Assembly (NCBI GenBank): GCA_001643675.2
Contig: LSRY02000078.1
Coordinates: 4,959-68,958 of the forward strand
Source: Monocercomonoides exilis PA203
Lineage: Eukaryota; Protista; Preaxostyla
DNA length: 64,000 nucleotides
Direction: 5' to 3'
The notes beneath the pieces are model-generated. The model had not been told where the DNA came from. It worked only from the letters and a program-made list of their open reading frames with translations, and did not search any database. Positions 51,671 through 64,000 of this stretch are shown here, piece by piece; the first letter of the stretch is position 1, and each line of letters opens with the position of its first letter. The position numbers and the translations under genes were made by a program.

Positions 51671-54600
51671 TGAGTGAAGTAATTTATTCCGTCACGTCAC
51701 TTCACTCAAAAATGTTCACGTCAGAAGGCATGTGACGAAGATGTTTAGTAAATTTATGTTTAAAACACTTTGATACCAAAATAAGGTCTATTAATTAGAA
51801 AAATAACGAACATTCAATTTCTTCTCTTCTCATTGAGAGAAAAACTTAATTTGTGGTTGTTGCTTTGCCCTTTGGACTTCTATCGAAAGAGCGGAAATCA
51901 CATGTCTTGGATTCTCTTTTGGCTTGTGCCCTTGTGCGAATAATGAAAATGTCATTTTCTTCTTCTTGTCTGTTCTGTTCAACATTCAATTCATCTCTTG
52001 TTCTATCATCGTCTCCTAGAGTTTGCAACTTCTTTCCTTTTGTCCTTTTCCTCCTGACAGTCTTCGTTTTCACCTCTTCCACTAACTTCTCCATGGAAGC
52101 ATCCACTTCTTCACTCTTTAATTCCTCTTCTGAAAGAGTTCTTTCATTGGCTTGTTCTCTTTTGCTTCATCTTCAACACTTGCTTTTGGACATTCTTCGT
52201 TCTCCTCGTCAGTAAACTTTTGTTCTTTCATTGTTCCAACAATAACTCGTGTTATTAACGATACAAAATTTATCCTGAAATAGTGCTAAACAAAAGTATT
52301 TATATTCTGTAAAACCCTTGCGTACTTGGCAAACTGTGAAGGAAGGATTCTTGCTATTGTTAATGGAGACAAGGTTGCTTCCTTAAAAGAGAACGGCTTG
52401 AATCCCTGAAAAACTCCTGTAAGCTTCATTGCCTTCGAAGCCAGCTTACGGATTCCGGATGCTGTTAGAGGTTAGAACGATGTGGAATTGTGCAAGTTTG
52501 TTGCTGTTCTGCTTATGTTTGACCAGGAAATACAACTCTTTTATTGTTGAAGCTGGTCATTTTTATGGGAGTTCCGGAAGAAAATGAACTACAATCTCTG
52601 ATCGTGTTTGTAATGTCTTTAATGCTGCATCCAAATAGACACGCTCTTCTTCTTCCCGAGAGTCCTCCATGCTTATCCTCTCCAGTTTTGAAAATCTGCA
52701 ACAGAGAAGAACATTGTCAACGTTATGAATTTCATTGTTCCTTCTTTGAAAGATAACAAATTGTTAGTGCCTAACTCAGTGTAGTATTTTAACAAAACAT
52801 TCGGATTCATAATGTCAGGCGCAAGTTTCTTCATCGACTTGTCTGTTAAACGAAAGACACGAAACAGAATCCGAATGATTGCAATGTCTCCCCAAACGGT
52901 TTTAAAAACAAGAACTGAGTAAAAAAATTCAGCGGCTCTCACCATCTGTATAACTGAAACCTTGAATCCTCTATTCTTCATCGTTAAAAATACATCCGCA
53001 CATTTGACGGTCCAGTCCGGTGAGTTGTCTGGAATATGTCCATGGGCACACTTCTTCCATTGGTCTGAAAAGTGCGGAAAATAGAATAAATATCCATCCC
53101 ATGTTGTCCTTGCAATTCCAGCCTTGCACTCCTCTGCGAGCTCCAAGGGGATATTTCTTTCATGAAGCGCGTGCATCCACCAGGCTTCTCCTCTCTCCTT
53201 AATGGATTCAGCAGGATCACTTTCATTTTCCATGGATGGAAACAGGCTCCCGTTTTCTTCATCTATGTCCACTCTCGAAGAATCTTGGAGCTGTAATTCA
53301 ATTCCAAGCTGTAATAATTGCTCGTTTGAAGAAGGATGTCCCAATTCTGAACCTTCCAGCTCGGTAGGAGTGTGATCGCTTGAACTTTCTCCATCTGAGC
53401 CTTTCGTATGACCTTCGGAATCAGAGGAATCGGAGTATGGACCAGAACAAACCCATAGCTCCACGGAACTGTCAATCCGTCTTTGTCAATAGGACTGCCC
53501 ATACCGCACCATCTTTTCACTTTGTGATTATGTGTCAAAGCAAAAGCATCGAAAGTCGGTCTCACTTTCCATCGAGCAAGTATTTGTCTGAGTAAATTGT
53601 CTCCGATCTCGTTGTTCCATTCCCTTTCCAGCCGAGATAGTTAATCTGATATGTGATTCTTCCTTCCTGGAAGATGTTGTGCTCTCATTCACAAATTCCT
53701 CGCTTCTGTCCAGTTCCTTATCTTGTGAAAAACTGGTCGAAGATTCTTACTCGCGTTACAACGATTCACATTGAAAACTACTGAACTGTTGTCTGATCGG
53801 AGTTGCAGATGGGATATTTTGTTGTGCTAAATTGTCTGTGAAAAATGAAGAAGGGAAACAAAACAGCTGACAGTTCACTGAAGTTGGACGAATGGCGATG
53901 GTCATAATTGGAGAACCTGACATGCCAGTCCAAAAGATTGTTGTTCATTCTGAAAGTTTCACCCCATGCTCGTTCGGCTGCATCTGTTGTCAGAACAGCT
54001 TGAGGAATGAAAACGAGAACAAATTCCCGATTTCTGGTTTATCTCAATATCCTCCTCCATTCTCTGATCTCCTTGAGGACTGATGAATTCATCCTCATCA
54101 TCTTCTTCCATCCGATCGCTCTGACACTCTTTTGGAGTTAGTGATGCAAAGTTACGAGATGGAGGGATGCGTCTGGAATGATAAAACGAGCTGTGTTATA
54201 CTTCCCAATAGCTGACGCCCAGTCTTTCACACGAATCTGTTTGGCTTTTATGAATATTTTTCCCAACGTCTCAGCAGCTCTTGGAGAGAAGAACGCTTTT
54301 CCTCAATCAATTGTACTGTAAATTTTTTTGTGTTCTAAAGGAACCTCAAGAACACAAACTTCTGTGTTGGTTTCGGATGACATTTCTCTTTGTTGATGAG
54401 CAATCCCAGTCTATTTTAAAACAGAGTCACTTCTTCTGTAATTTTCTTCAGAAAGCTTCAGTCTTGGTGCAACAGAATAAGATCGTCCAAGTGAGAATCC
54501 ACTCTGACTTTCCATTTTTCCTTTATCGCTGCTGTCACTTTCCTCATTATCTTTGTGAAAAACCGAGGTGTGTCTGTTAACCCGAAAAGAATTCCTTCGA

Positions 54601-56027
54601 AAACATAGTCTTGTTCTTCGAACTGAAAAGAAAGAAACGGCTTCAGGTCTTCGGATGTTGGTTTTTAGTGAAACGACTGGGAAAGATCCAACGTTAACGC
54701 AAAGTCCCTCTTTTCTTTCAAACGTTCCACATTCCGTTCGTTTTAACATTTGAAATGCCACTTTTTCATTGCAGCATTCAAATAACTGCAATCCAGGATT
54801 TGGCGCCATGTGCATGACTTCTTCATGAAAAGAAAAACATTCTGACAAAAATGACCTGTTCTGGAGGTATTGCGCTGACGATGATTGTCTCCAGCTGTTC
54901 TTTTAACACGTTTCTGATATCCAATAGTTGTTCCATGCTCATATCCGTTGTTCCGTCCTCCCATGATTTCTTCCTCAGTGCTTCCTTTGTTTTTTTGTTT
55001 GTTCATGCATCATGTGCACGCAGTCTTTTAAAGCTTCTTATTTTGATCTTGTCCCATTCCTCCAAAACTGCTCTGTCCTGCTTCCAATCCTCTATTAGGT
55101 TTCCATCAATATTTCATGTCTCCCTCGGAACGTCTTGAAGCATCCATCTTCCAAGTTTCTCCTGCTCTTCTCTGGGAGTTACTGAAGCAATACTGACTGC
55201 CTGACGTCCGGGGCCACCTCCGAAAAACTGTCTTTCGCAGAAACTTCTTGACAGCTCCTCTCGATGTGTTGCACTGTGATAATTATCTGTTTTTCTTTCC
55301 AATTTTCTTTCAAATGCGACTCTTTGAATTTGTTTCAATACCATTCTTGTCTCTTCCAGTATATCCCGATGTCTCTTTGTTAGCAGTCCTCAAGTGACTT
55401 CGCCCTCCATTTTCTTGCTGCTGAAAAACCAAATTATCCATGAATTCGTTCTCTTCTTGCCTCCTGCATTGCTTGTGCTCCCAGAATCAACGCTTCTCTT
55501 GCAACTTCCTCAGCAGAATTGGCCTTCCTCATTATATTCTGAATCGATCATAAAATGGCTATGAAGGCACGGAACAGATATCTCTCATCTTGTTCCCTGG
55601 CTTTATCCAATGTATCTCTATACAAATATTCAGTTCAAACATCTGCTAAAGGAGATGCTTGTAATACCGGGCTGAAATCCTGTTCATTGTAACATGTTGC
55701 AATATCTTCCACAATTGACTTCGGAATTCTGACATCAAACAGAGAGATTGTCTGCTCAGCATCAAAAACGGATTTATATAACACAACGATTGCTTGAGAA
55801 TTTGATTCATCTGTCAAGCTGGGGAAAGGGAGTAGTTCTGATCCTTCCTGTGCAAAAACTCGAAGAAACTGTTGGAATCTATGCACTTCTTCCTAGGGAA
55901 CTCGTTAGCACACTCATCTGCCCACAAGTTCCAGTTGAAGATGAAAGCACAGCTTGCAATGGAGTTTGTGGGGTGAATATCATTTTTGATCACAGAAGTG
56001 ACATGTCACATTAAGTGACATCTCTCA
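51671..56027 (-). mobile_element. Mirror copy of the DIRS1-like element
   Basis: Reverse complement of 7018..11380. The RT motif IPFG reads ILFG here because of a CC>TT change. Confidence 0.9.
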
Positions 56028-56318
56028 ATATGAAGAGAAGAATTTGAATAAAGGTTTATTTGTCAAATAAAATTTAACACATTTAAAATTTATTGATAAA
56101 AGTTATTTTATGAAAATTACGAGAAAAATTGTTTAAAAATATGAAAAGATATCCGAAAATTTCTGCTTTTGTTCCTTTAAAAGCTCACAACTATTATGAC
56201 CTCATCTTTCTCATCACCTATCCTTTTTTGTATTGCATAAAGTGCTTGACGAACATTCCATTCAACTTTTTTTCTGAATCTTCTTATCTGTGCTATTTCT
56301 ACCTCTTCGCAAATCACT

Positions 56319-58167
56319 TTGAAAGCTGGACAGATATGTGACTTTGTTCCTTTGAATACTTCAATATCTTTGCTTGGTTCAGTTTCAATTCTGATTGAGG
56401 ATGCAAGGATGACTTTGGAAAGTGGAGATGATAATTTTCTTGCTGATAACAATCGGCTTTTGGAGGGTTGTTCTGTGCGAGTTCGAAACCCTTGGCAAAG
56501 TGTCGAGCAATGTTTTCACAGATAAAGTGCACCGGAAGCAGCAGCGTGGTGGAGTGCAGTGTGTGTGTGATTGGGGTTGGGGAGAAGGGGAGCTGAGATG
56601 GGGGATGTGTAAAGATCGCAGCGATGCAGAGGAGGCTAGCGAGGCCAGACACAGACCCATGGCTTGGGTTACGGTGTGTTCTTGGGGAGGCTGATGTCTC
56701 CAGGCAGTTTGCCCTCGAGCACGTGGTGTTGGCTGTGGTTGATACAGCCCATTTCAACTGGAACATGCCCAGCGCCGATATCAGTTCGCTCGACGAGCTC
56801 AGCGGATTCGAGCTGCTCCCTGCCCGACCATCCCTCGCGCCCTTTCCCTCAGACTCACTCCACCTCCCTCTCTCATTTTCAACCTCCACTTCACCTCCCA
56901 CTCCTCCCACCAGCCCCAACCTCGATGTCGACCTCCTCCCCTTCATCACATCCTACCGCGCCTACTAAATGTTCATCGATCAGGACACCGGCTTTTCTGC
57001 TCGCCAGGTCAGCTACCTGCTTTACCCCTGCGACTTCATCTCCATAACTGTGTTATACATCAACCGCTCAATAGAAAAATACCTCTGGATCAGCCCACTC
57101 TTCCCTCTTCTTCCTCCTCGACGGATAACTAGCTGTGTACTCCTTCCTCTTTTCCGCGGTTTACCAGCTCGTCCACCTCAACTCCACCCACCTTTGTTCT
57201 TGCCGAGGAACCCTTTGCCTCTCCAATATGTATGTCCATTCCCTCCCCCATCACCTGCCCTGCTCATCATGCTCTCGCTGCTTCCTCCCTCTTCTTCTCC
57301 GACGCCAACTTCTCCGCCCTCAATGTTGCCTCGCCTGTGCTCCTGTTCGACGATTACATCAGAAACTTTATTGAGCATCACATCACCATGGATCTCTCCG
57401 TTGGAGGTTTCAGCGTTGTTATTCTCATCTCACTGTGTTTAATCAGTCAATAAGCTTCTTCACTATGATGCATTCCATCTTCACTGCCATCTCGCAAACT
57501 GCACCATCTCCCAGAGAGGAGCTCCCTCTGCTCTTGGGCTTGCAACCTTGTTCTCCCATTGCTCTTCACTCACGCTCGATGCCTGCTCAATTAATGGAGG
57601 TGCTCCCCAGCCATCACAAACTTCCGCCAGCAACTCCTTATACGGCTGCAGCAACAGCGCAGAGTGACCATTGAGCCAGATGCATCAGATGTTCAATATG
57701 GACAAGAGGCACAAGAGAGTGTCTGCGAATGGAATACCTCTCTCATCCACTGCCAGAGCATCACCACTGTCCTCAAAGACACAAACATCTCTGGCGCACA
57801 GCTGGGCGCATTCTTTGCAGCTGCCAGCAGCATCCGTGTCGACCGCTACGGGTTCGCCAACAACAGCCCCTCCATGCCCTCCCTCTGGCCTGGCGACGCT
57901 TTCCTCCCTGTCTCCTCCTTGTGGCTCCTCAACCGCAGATGCACCCTCCACGGCATCCCCTCTCACAACTCTTCTCTGCTTTTCATTTCTGAGCTTGACT
58001 GCGTGCAAGCCAACCACACACCTGACACCATGGCTCTCACGTTCAGCGGATTGCTCCTCGCTCCCTGCAATCTGTCGTTAGCTGTTGGAAAGAGAAACAG
58101 CGAAGAAAAGAAGGTTGATAGGAACAAGTCTAATGCAAATGGATCATTGTCAGAAGGAGAATCTTAA
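56319..58167 (+). pseudogene. Mirror copy of the 4872..6724 pseudogene, with a locally divergent patch
   Basis: ORFs 56319..56525, 56624..56968, 56969..57442 and 57664..58167 mirror the left-arm set. Confidence 0.5.
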
Positions 58168-60332
58168 GGAAGAGTGGAAAAAGATTTCATCAGCAGCTGT
58201 GGAAGTGGATAGAAGTGAGTGAATGCATATTATTTGGAAAGATAAAATAATCTTCATCAATACTTTTATTCATTCAACTCAATCTTTCCTCATTAATCTA
58301 TTAAAATTATAACATATTGCAAAACTTCTTTTATAAGCTGCTCTTTCCTCATTTTCAAATTTCACTTCCCTTTTTTCATGAAAATCATCCTTCCTCTGAA
58401 ACTGTTCTTTTCAACAGCTGAATGTCAGGTATGCACGAAATAAGCTGCATCTTCACCTTCTTCATTATTAGTTCTTTTCACATTCTCCTTTTTCGTCGCT
58501 TCTGTCGAATCTTCTTCTTTGTCGTGCGATCTCCAATTCTTTTTGTATCCTGAATGCGAAAAAAGAATCATTTTGAAAATCAAAAATAATAATAACAAAC
58601 CTCTCGAGAATGTTTGAAATCCATCTTCAGTGTTTTCCCTTCCAAACTTTAAACGTTCATCATTTTGGCGCTTCCCTATCGTATTCAATCGTTTTTCACA
58701 AGCAGATTCTTCAATAACCCTCTTTTTGGAGGTCTTTTCTTATGCCTGGTTTTCTCAATCAACCACGCTGCTTTATTGATCTCTTTTCCTTTTTTAAAAC
58801 TTTGATAATAATCATTTCTCTTCTTGCATCTTGGAATCTCTGTCAATTTTTCATTCCCAACGCTGTCTTTGGTTTTTTTACATAATTTCTCCACAAAGTA
58901 TTTCACTCATAACATGTTTGTTCCTCTCTTCCTACTCTTTCTCTCTCTCTCTTCTTCCCCTTCTTCTTCCTCTCATTCATTCGTTCAGGTGTGATGCAAC
59001 TGAAGGCTCCCTCAACCCGTATGCCCTGACACTCACAGTCGGACTGAACTATTGTCGTTCCCAAATGATGAACTTTGATGATTCATCAGTTATTGAAAAC
59101 TTGTTGACTGAATGGAAACAATAGAAATCAAATGGTATTTTTCTGGAACTGTGTTTGCAGCATGTGGGAGAAGAGTGATGTAGGCAGTTGGGGTTCAAAT
59201 GAAGGAAAAGATATGAGGAGTCATTTGGGATGATTGAAGAATGCATGAATGAATCAAACGTGATTGAATGCTGCGAGTGGAGCAGTGTATCCTCCTGTAT
59301 GATATTCTTTCAGTGGGAGAAGGATATCAAAGAAGAAGAAGAATGTTGTTATAAACTTAAAGAATGAACAAGATCTGCCAGAATAAACACATTGAAAGCT
59401 TGTGGAAGCTCTGGTTGTGCTTGTGATGTTGCACAAAGAAGATGAACCATCCATTGAGAATATCAGTGGCAAGAGATCTTTTCTGTGGAAGCTGATGATA
59501 ATAAAGAGGACAAGTGGTGCAGGAGAGAGGAAGAGGAGAAGGAGATCTGGAGGGTGATGGAGAAGAAATAAATTCAAAAGATAATTGGCGGTGAAGTAGA
59601 AGAGGAGGGGGTCTTTTGTTTGAAATATGAAAGGTTGTTTTCTTTGAATGAAGGGCGCTTGACTGATTCGAACAATGCGGAAATGAAGCAATATGTGGAT
59701 AGTTGATCTGAGAAAGAAGAAGATGAAGAAGGCGATGGGGATGAAGAAAATATGCTTTGAGAGGTAGCCAAGGTGCGTGGAGAGGTGGCAGTCAGTTGCA
59801 TTGCAGGGACAACAAAGGCAACAGCAAGGGAAAGGAAGATGAATTTTTTAGTTCAGTCTTTTTCATCAGCTCTGACTCCAATGACGACAGAAATGTATTG
59901 AAGTGTTCGTGGAAGAATCAGCTTCTCATTCTCAAAAGAAGAAGATGAATGAAATAAAACGTGAAAAGTTATGGCTCATATCTTTTTGTATCAATTGTTG
60001 AAAAATATAAAATGAGAGTTTGAATTAGTTAATAAAAAAACAAGAAATATGATAAAAACAATGAAAACAATTTGATAAAAATTTGACAAACTTTATCCAG
60101 TCAAAAATTGCACCTTTATCTCTTCTTGATCAGAACATATTGGTTATTGATTGCTCCAGTCCAATCAGACTGGAAAGATAAAGCGTCTCAATGATTTTTC
60201 TTCCAAAGTTGTTCAGTGAGCGATGAGCTGCAGATTGTTAATTAGCACATTCACAAAATGACCGTCGAAATCAATACATAAGTCCCTATCAAGAATATCT
60301 GTTCACAGGAAAATGAGGAAAATAAAAGCAAA

Positions 60333-60334
60333 TA
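60333..60334. other. Empty TA target site of the MITE in the right arm
   Basis: GCAAA-TA-GTTCAA is the reverse complement of TTGAAC-TA-TTTGC, i.e. the two left-arm flanks joined by a single TA with no footprint. Confidence 0.95.
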
Positions 60335-62688
60335 GTTCAATATTTGAAAAAGAATATGAAATAATAATAAAAATAAATTATTTATTATAAATTGATAATA
60401 TTTGTTTGTTTAATAAAAAGAAAATCAACACAAACATTTATTCCAATCTTCTCCATCACCAACATTGATCCACCTGAAATTCTGTTCTTTTCTCTCGCTG
60501 AGTTAAGAATCTTCTCCGCCTCCTTCACCATCTCAACTTTCCTGACTTATCTCTTCTTCGAGAAATCTGGTAACATTGAATGGAAAAACTCAATTTCCAC
60601 AATAATTGCTGTATTCACTTGCTGTTCTTGCAAGGCTTGCTGCTCTGGGTGCATTCAACTTTGCCTCTTCTCCAAACTCCTTCTCATGTGATATGAATTG
60701 TGTCTTCTTTTCAATCGTTATCCTCTTTGACCGTATGATATTTTTCTTCTCCAGCGTATCTGCCCCATTCGACACAAACAGCTAAGAATCCAACGCAGAC
60801 CGATTAATCCTGAAATGTTTTTATTTCCTCCTCTTCCATATCTGCTCCGTAACTCCCATATAACATTTTTTGCTCCACATGAACTGCTGGTGCGTCTTCA
60901 CTCCATCCATCTCCTTTAAACACTCACGCTTTCTGCTACCGCTTTAAATAGAACTTTCTTCAAACTTCATCTCTCCTCGTCGTGTCAAGAATTATCTTGC
61001 TCATCTTCATTTTCTTATCAAAGATTTTTTTCCAGAATTCGTTTCAGATCCATTCTCTTCTTCAGTTTCAAACTTCATTCTATGTGTATATTCATCTTTC
61101 TTGTACTGTCTGTGGAGCTTTTCCAGTACTTTATATAGTTCTTTTCTTGACTTTTCAATCTTTCACACGGTGCTTTTGTTCTGTGACATTTCATATTTCC
61201 GATACACTTTCTATTAAAGAAAAACATTGATAATTTGATAATAATTTCACAGAATGCATTCAAAGCAGCAAAAAATTAATTTTGAGAATTTTGTGAATAA
61301 TTAATAAAAACAAACTTTGTCAAAAATAAAAAACAATTATAAAAGTCACATTGAATAGTCTTTCTGTTTGTTTCATCAAAAATTGTCGATGAGTCAAATA
61401 GAAAGACTGGTTTCAAACAAATAAGTCAAAAATCTTATATTTGTGAAAAATAACAACGATTTATTCCAAACCTTTTATGCCGTTTTGTCATTATAAGTCA
61501 AACGTTCTCACATGTTTAATATATCGAATAACTGTAAAATAATGAGAAAAATCTTCGAAGACAGTGCATGGGAAACAATTCATTTCACACAACACTTCAT
61601 CCCAAATAAAAAATATGTAAAAACAAATTATTACCAACTTTTTCCACAAATAGATTTTCAAAAAAAGCATCAGACATGTTTATTATCGTTATTTATTCAC
61701 ATTGAGCAAAATAGATCATGGTATTCTTAATGGCGCCATTAATAATAATTTGTATTTTTAATGATCAAAAATTTCAAAAATGAATGACAATTTTTTATTT
61801 TTGTTTCATTTAATTTGTGAATATAATTGCTTTATTAATGCAAATAAGTCATCAGAAATTATTTTTGAATTTTTGTTGTTTGAATAAAGGTGAAAATGTG
61901 TTTTTTTATTTTTATTGAATTTTCATGTCAAAGGAGAAAATTATCTTTGAAAAATATAAAACTCAAAAATGTTTTGTTAATGAAAGAACATGTTTCTTAT
62001 TATTGTTCTATTCAATATATAACTGTTTTGATATCAATATCTTCATTGTTGAGTAACTACAACGGTTGATGAATATTCAGTGATGAGAAAAACATAAAGA
62101 AAAATTCATTGCTAATAAGATAACAATCTTAAAACAAAATGACACACAAATAACAATAGCACTTCAATGTATTAATCATCTGAAATATAGAAAGCATCAT
62201 ATAAGTTTCTTTTTTGTTGCATCACTCTCAAAGGAATATATTTTAACTATATCATCATTAAAACATTTCCCGACAGTCAATTCAATTTCAATTCATATGA
62301 ACAATAAAAAATCAATAAAAAGTATATTTCAACACATACATGGTGTCATAGGCAATTCAAAACAAAAAAAATAAAAAACTTTAGGTACAAAAACAAACTT
62401 GTCTAATTTCCCTCTGTTTTCCATCCACTCTTCATTTTCTGATAGTTCTCTAACTTTGACTCAAAAGATCAAATCCAAAAAGAAAAAAGACAGACACAAT
62501 GATTAAACATCACTTCACACTCTCAAGAACTATCCCTTCCAAAAACCTCACCCAAAGATCTTTGAATTCCCTCACAACTCTCTCTATTAATGAATCTCTA
62601 TAAATACAAATATAAACGGGACAATAACAAAGAAATAAATAGGGACATTATAGGGACAAAAAGCACAAGAAAACAATCGGATTCTAAC

Positions 62689-62816
62689 TGTTGTGCACCT
62701 GGGAGGCTGTTCGTCGTATCCAGGTCCGGATAAAGCAGCCCGAAGGCTGCAATATCTAATACGAACAGTCATGTCCAGCACCCTTGCGATAGAGTGCCAG
62801 CTAAGCACACACAACA
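62689..62816 (-). ncRNA. Candidate structured RNA/DNA element of unknown family
   Basis: GC-rich island in AT-rich flanks. Minus-strand helices: outer UGUUGUG/CACAACA; CUGGCACUCU/AGGGUGCUGG; CUGUUCGU/ACGAACAG enclosing GCAGCC-UUCG-GGCUGC and UAUCCG-GACC-UGGAUA. G-U wobbles and the C(UUCG)G loop favour the minus strand. Confidence 0.55.
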
Positions 62817-62825
62817 ACTAGTTTC

Positions 62826-64000
62826 TTAATAGGGGACACCAATAGAACAATTTTGAGATTCATTAATAGAAGAAGAGTCAAGAAGAAGCTCAAATCTCCT
62901 TGAAAGAAGATCTTGAGAAGATTGAGAAAGAAGAGAAGAGTTGGATGATGTGATATCAGAGTGAAATGACTTTCTTGAACGTTGAACCTTTTCTTTCATT
63001 GTCGAAGATTCGAGTGCAACCAGAGAGCGTTGAGGAAGATATCCAACAGCTGAAGCACAGACAAATGAGCCTTTGCGCTCAAAATATAAGTAGTCCTTCA
63101 TGTGTGGGACTGACAATGACTGCCATGAGATATGTTGAGAAGGTACATATTCTTCAAAGTTCCTCTCATGCTCAAAACAATTAACAGATGTTGAAGATGG
63201 TGAAGAGTTTGATGATGATGTTGAGAAAATGTTTGATTGTGAAGTTGAAGAAGCTGATGTCGAAGTGTTCATATTGTTTTCGAAGAAGTTGATCAAATCA
63301 TGAAGGGTGGTGATGTGTTCAGTCGAAAGATTGTTGTCGATTGCATTCACTAACGTACCAAATTCACTATCACAGATATTTTTCCATGATGCTCAGCGAA
63401 GAAATTGAGTTGTATTTTTTTTTGGAGTTTTGATTGTTTTGAAAGGATGAAGTGAAGAAGGAAGCGATTACGGTTGTGTGGACCTGAATCGCAGAAGAAC
63501 TTAAAAGTGTGAGTGTCTGTGAAGAAGTGTCTTTTGATCACAGATTCCAGACACTCAATAACAAATCTGTGATCATTTGAAAGGCAGTCGGAGAAGAAGT
63601 TGAAAGTTCGTTTGACAAGTTGATTGTTTATTTTTGAAGGAGATGATTGTGAATTGAGAAACCTGTTGATAATTAAAGAATTCTTGTTGAAGTTGGTTCT
63701 TTCGGATTGGCAGTTTCCATTTTTCTTTAAAGTCGAAGACGAAGACTGCTTCTCCCTCTTTCATATTATCAACAGTTGATTGATAATGTTTTCGTTGCAT
63801 TTCTGCAACAAGACGATGTTGTCGAAGTAGTTTGAGTGTATGAAACTCAGCAGAAGAAAGTCCATTTTTGTTTTGAGATGACTAATTTGTTTTCCAGATA
63901 GTTGAGTTTCTCGCACATTCCACAAAGATCTGTTCTCCTTTTTGCTTTGGAGAAGTTGGTTGTGAGTTTGTTGAAATGGGGAAGAGAAACTTTGATGTTT
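62826..64000 (-). mobile_element. Sola-like DDD transposase gene, frameshifted; 5' end lies outside the window
   Basis: Manual joining gives RRTDLCGMCEK (about 63900-63940), RQHRLVAEMQRKHY, VFVFDFKEK (D1), FFSDCLSNDHRFVIECLE, FFCDSGPHNRN (D2) and NFFAEHHGK[N]ICDSEFG (D3, needing one extra A in the T5 run at 63379-63383), then ORF 62826..63350. Confidence 0.75.

Noticed and set aside
61250-62700. Possible Fanzor/TnpB gene converging on the structured element (weak INRDIIG near 62635)
   Set aside because: No RuvC-I DxG motif, no zinc-finger cysteines and no open frame recognisable.
62720-62750. Plus-strand CAGGTCCGGATAAAGCAGCC resembles bacterial SRP RNA helix 8
   Set aside because: The apical stem cannot form (UCC has no GGA partner after the loop), and the AGCAGCC part is tied up in a perfect hairpin. 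The minus strand folds better.

Overview
This is AT-rich eukaryotic nuclear DNA with GAA/TTC low-complexity coding tracts. The gene families and composition suggest an oxymonad or other metamonad such as Monocercomonoides; that is an inference, not a search result. Almost the whole window is one giant palindrome: 1..31489 is the reverse complement of 31540..62591, around a 50-bp spacer, so nearly every feature occurs twice. The arms are not identical. A 447-bp Tc1/mariner-type MITE (TA target duplication, 23-bp TIRs) is present only in the left arm, with a clean empty TA site in the right arm. The arms also differ by scattered SNPs, one dense divergent patch, microsatellite lengths and homopolymer indels. 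Each arm carries a decayed DIRS-type tyrosine-recombinase retrotransposon (RT, RNase H, methyltransferase-like domain, YR, degenerate inverted termini), an intronless ~780-aa P-loop GTPase with coiled coils, and several pseudogenised surface-protein-like and low-complexity genes. Beyond the mirrored part lie a frameshifted Sola-like DDD transposase and, just downstream of its stop codon, a compact 128-nt GC-rich multi-stem element with a C(UUCG)G tetraloop that I cannot assign to a known RNA family. All of this comes from reading the sequence by eye; no database search or folding program was run.
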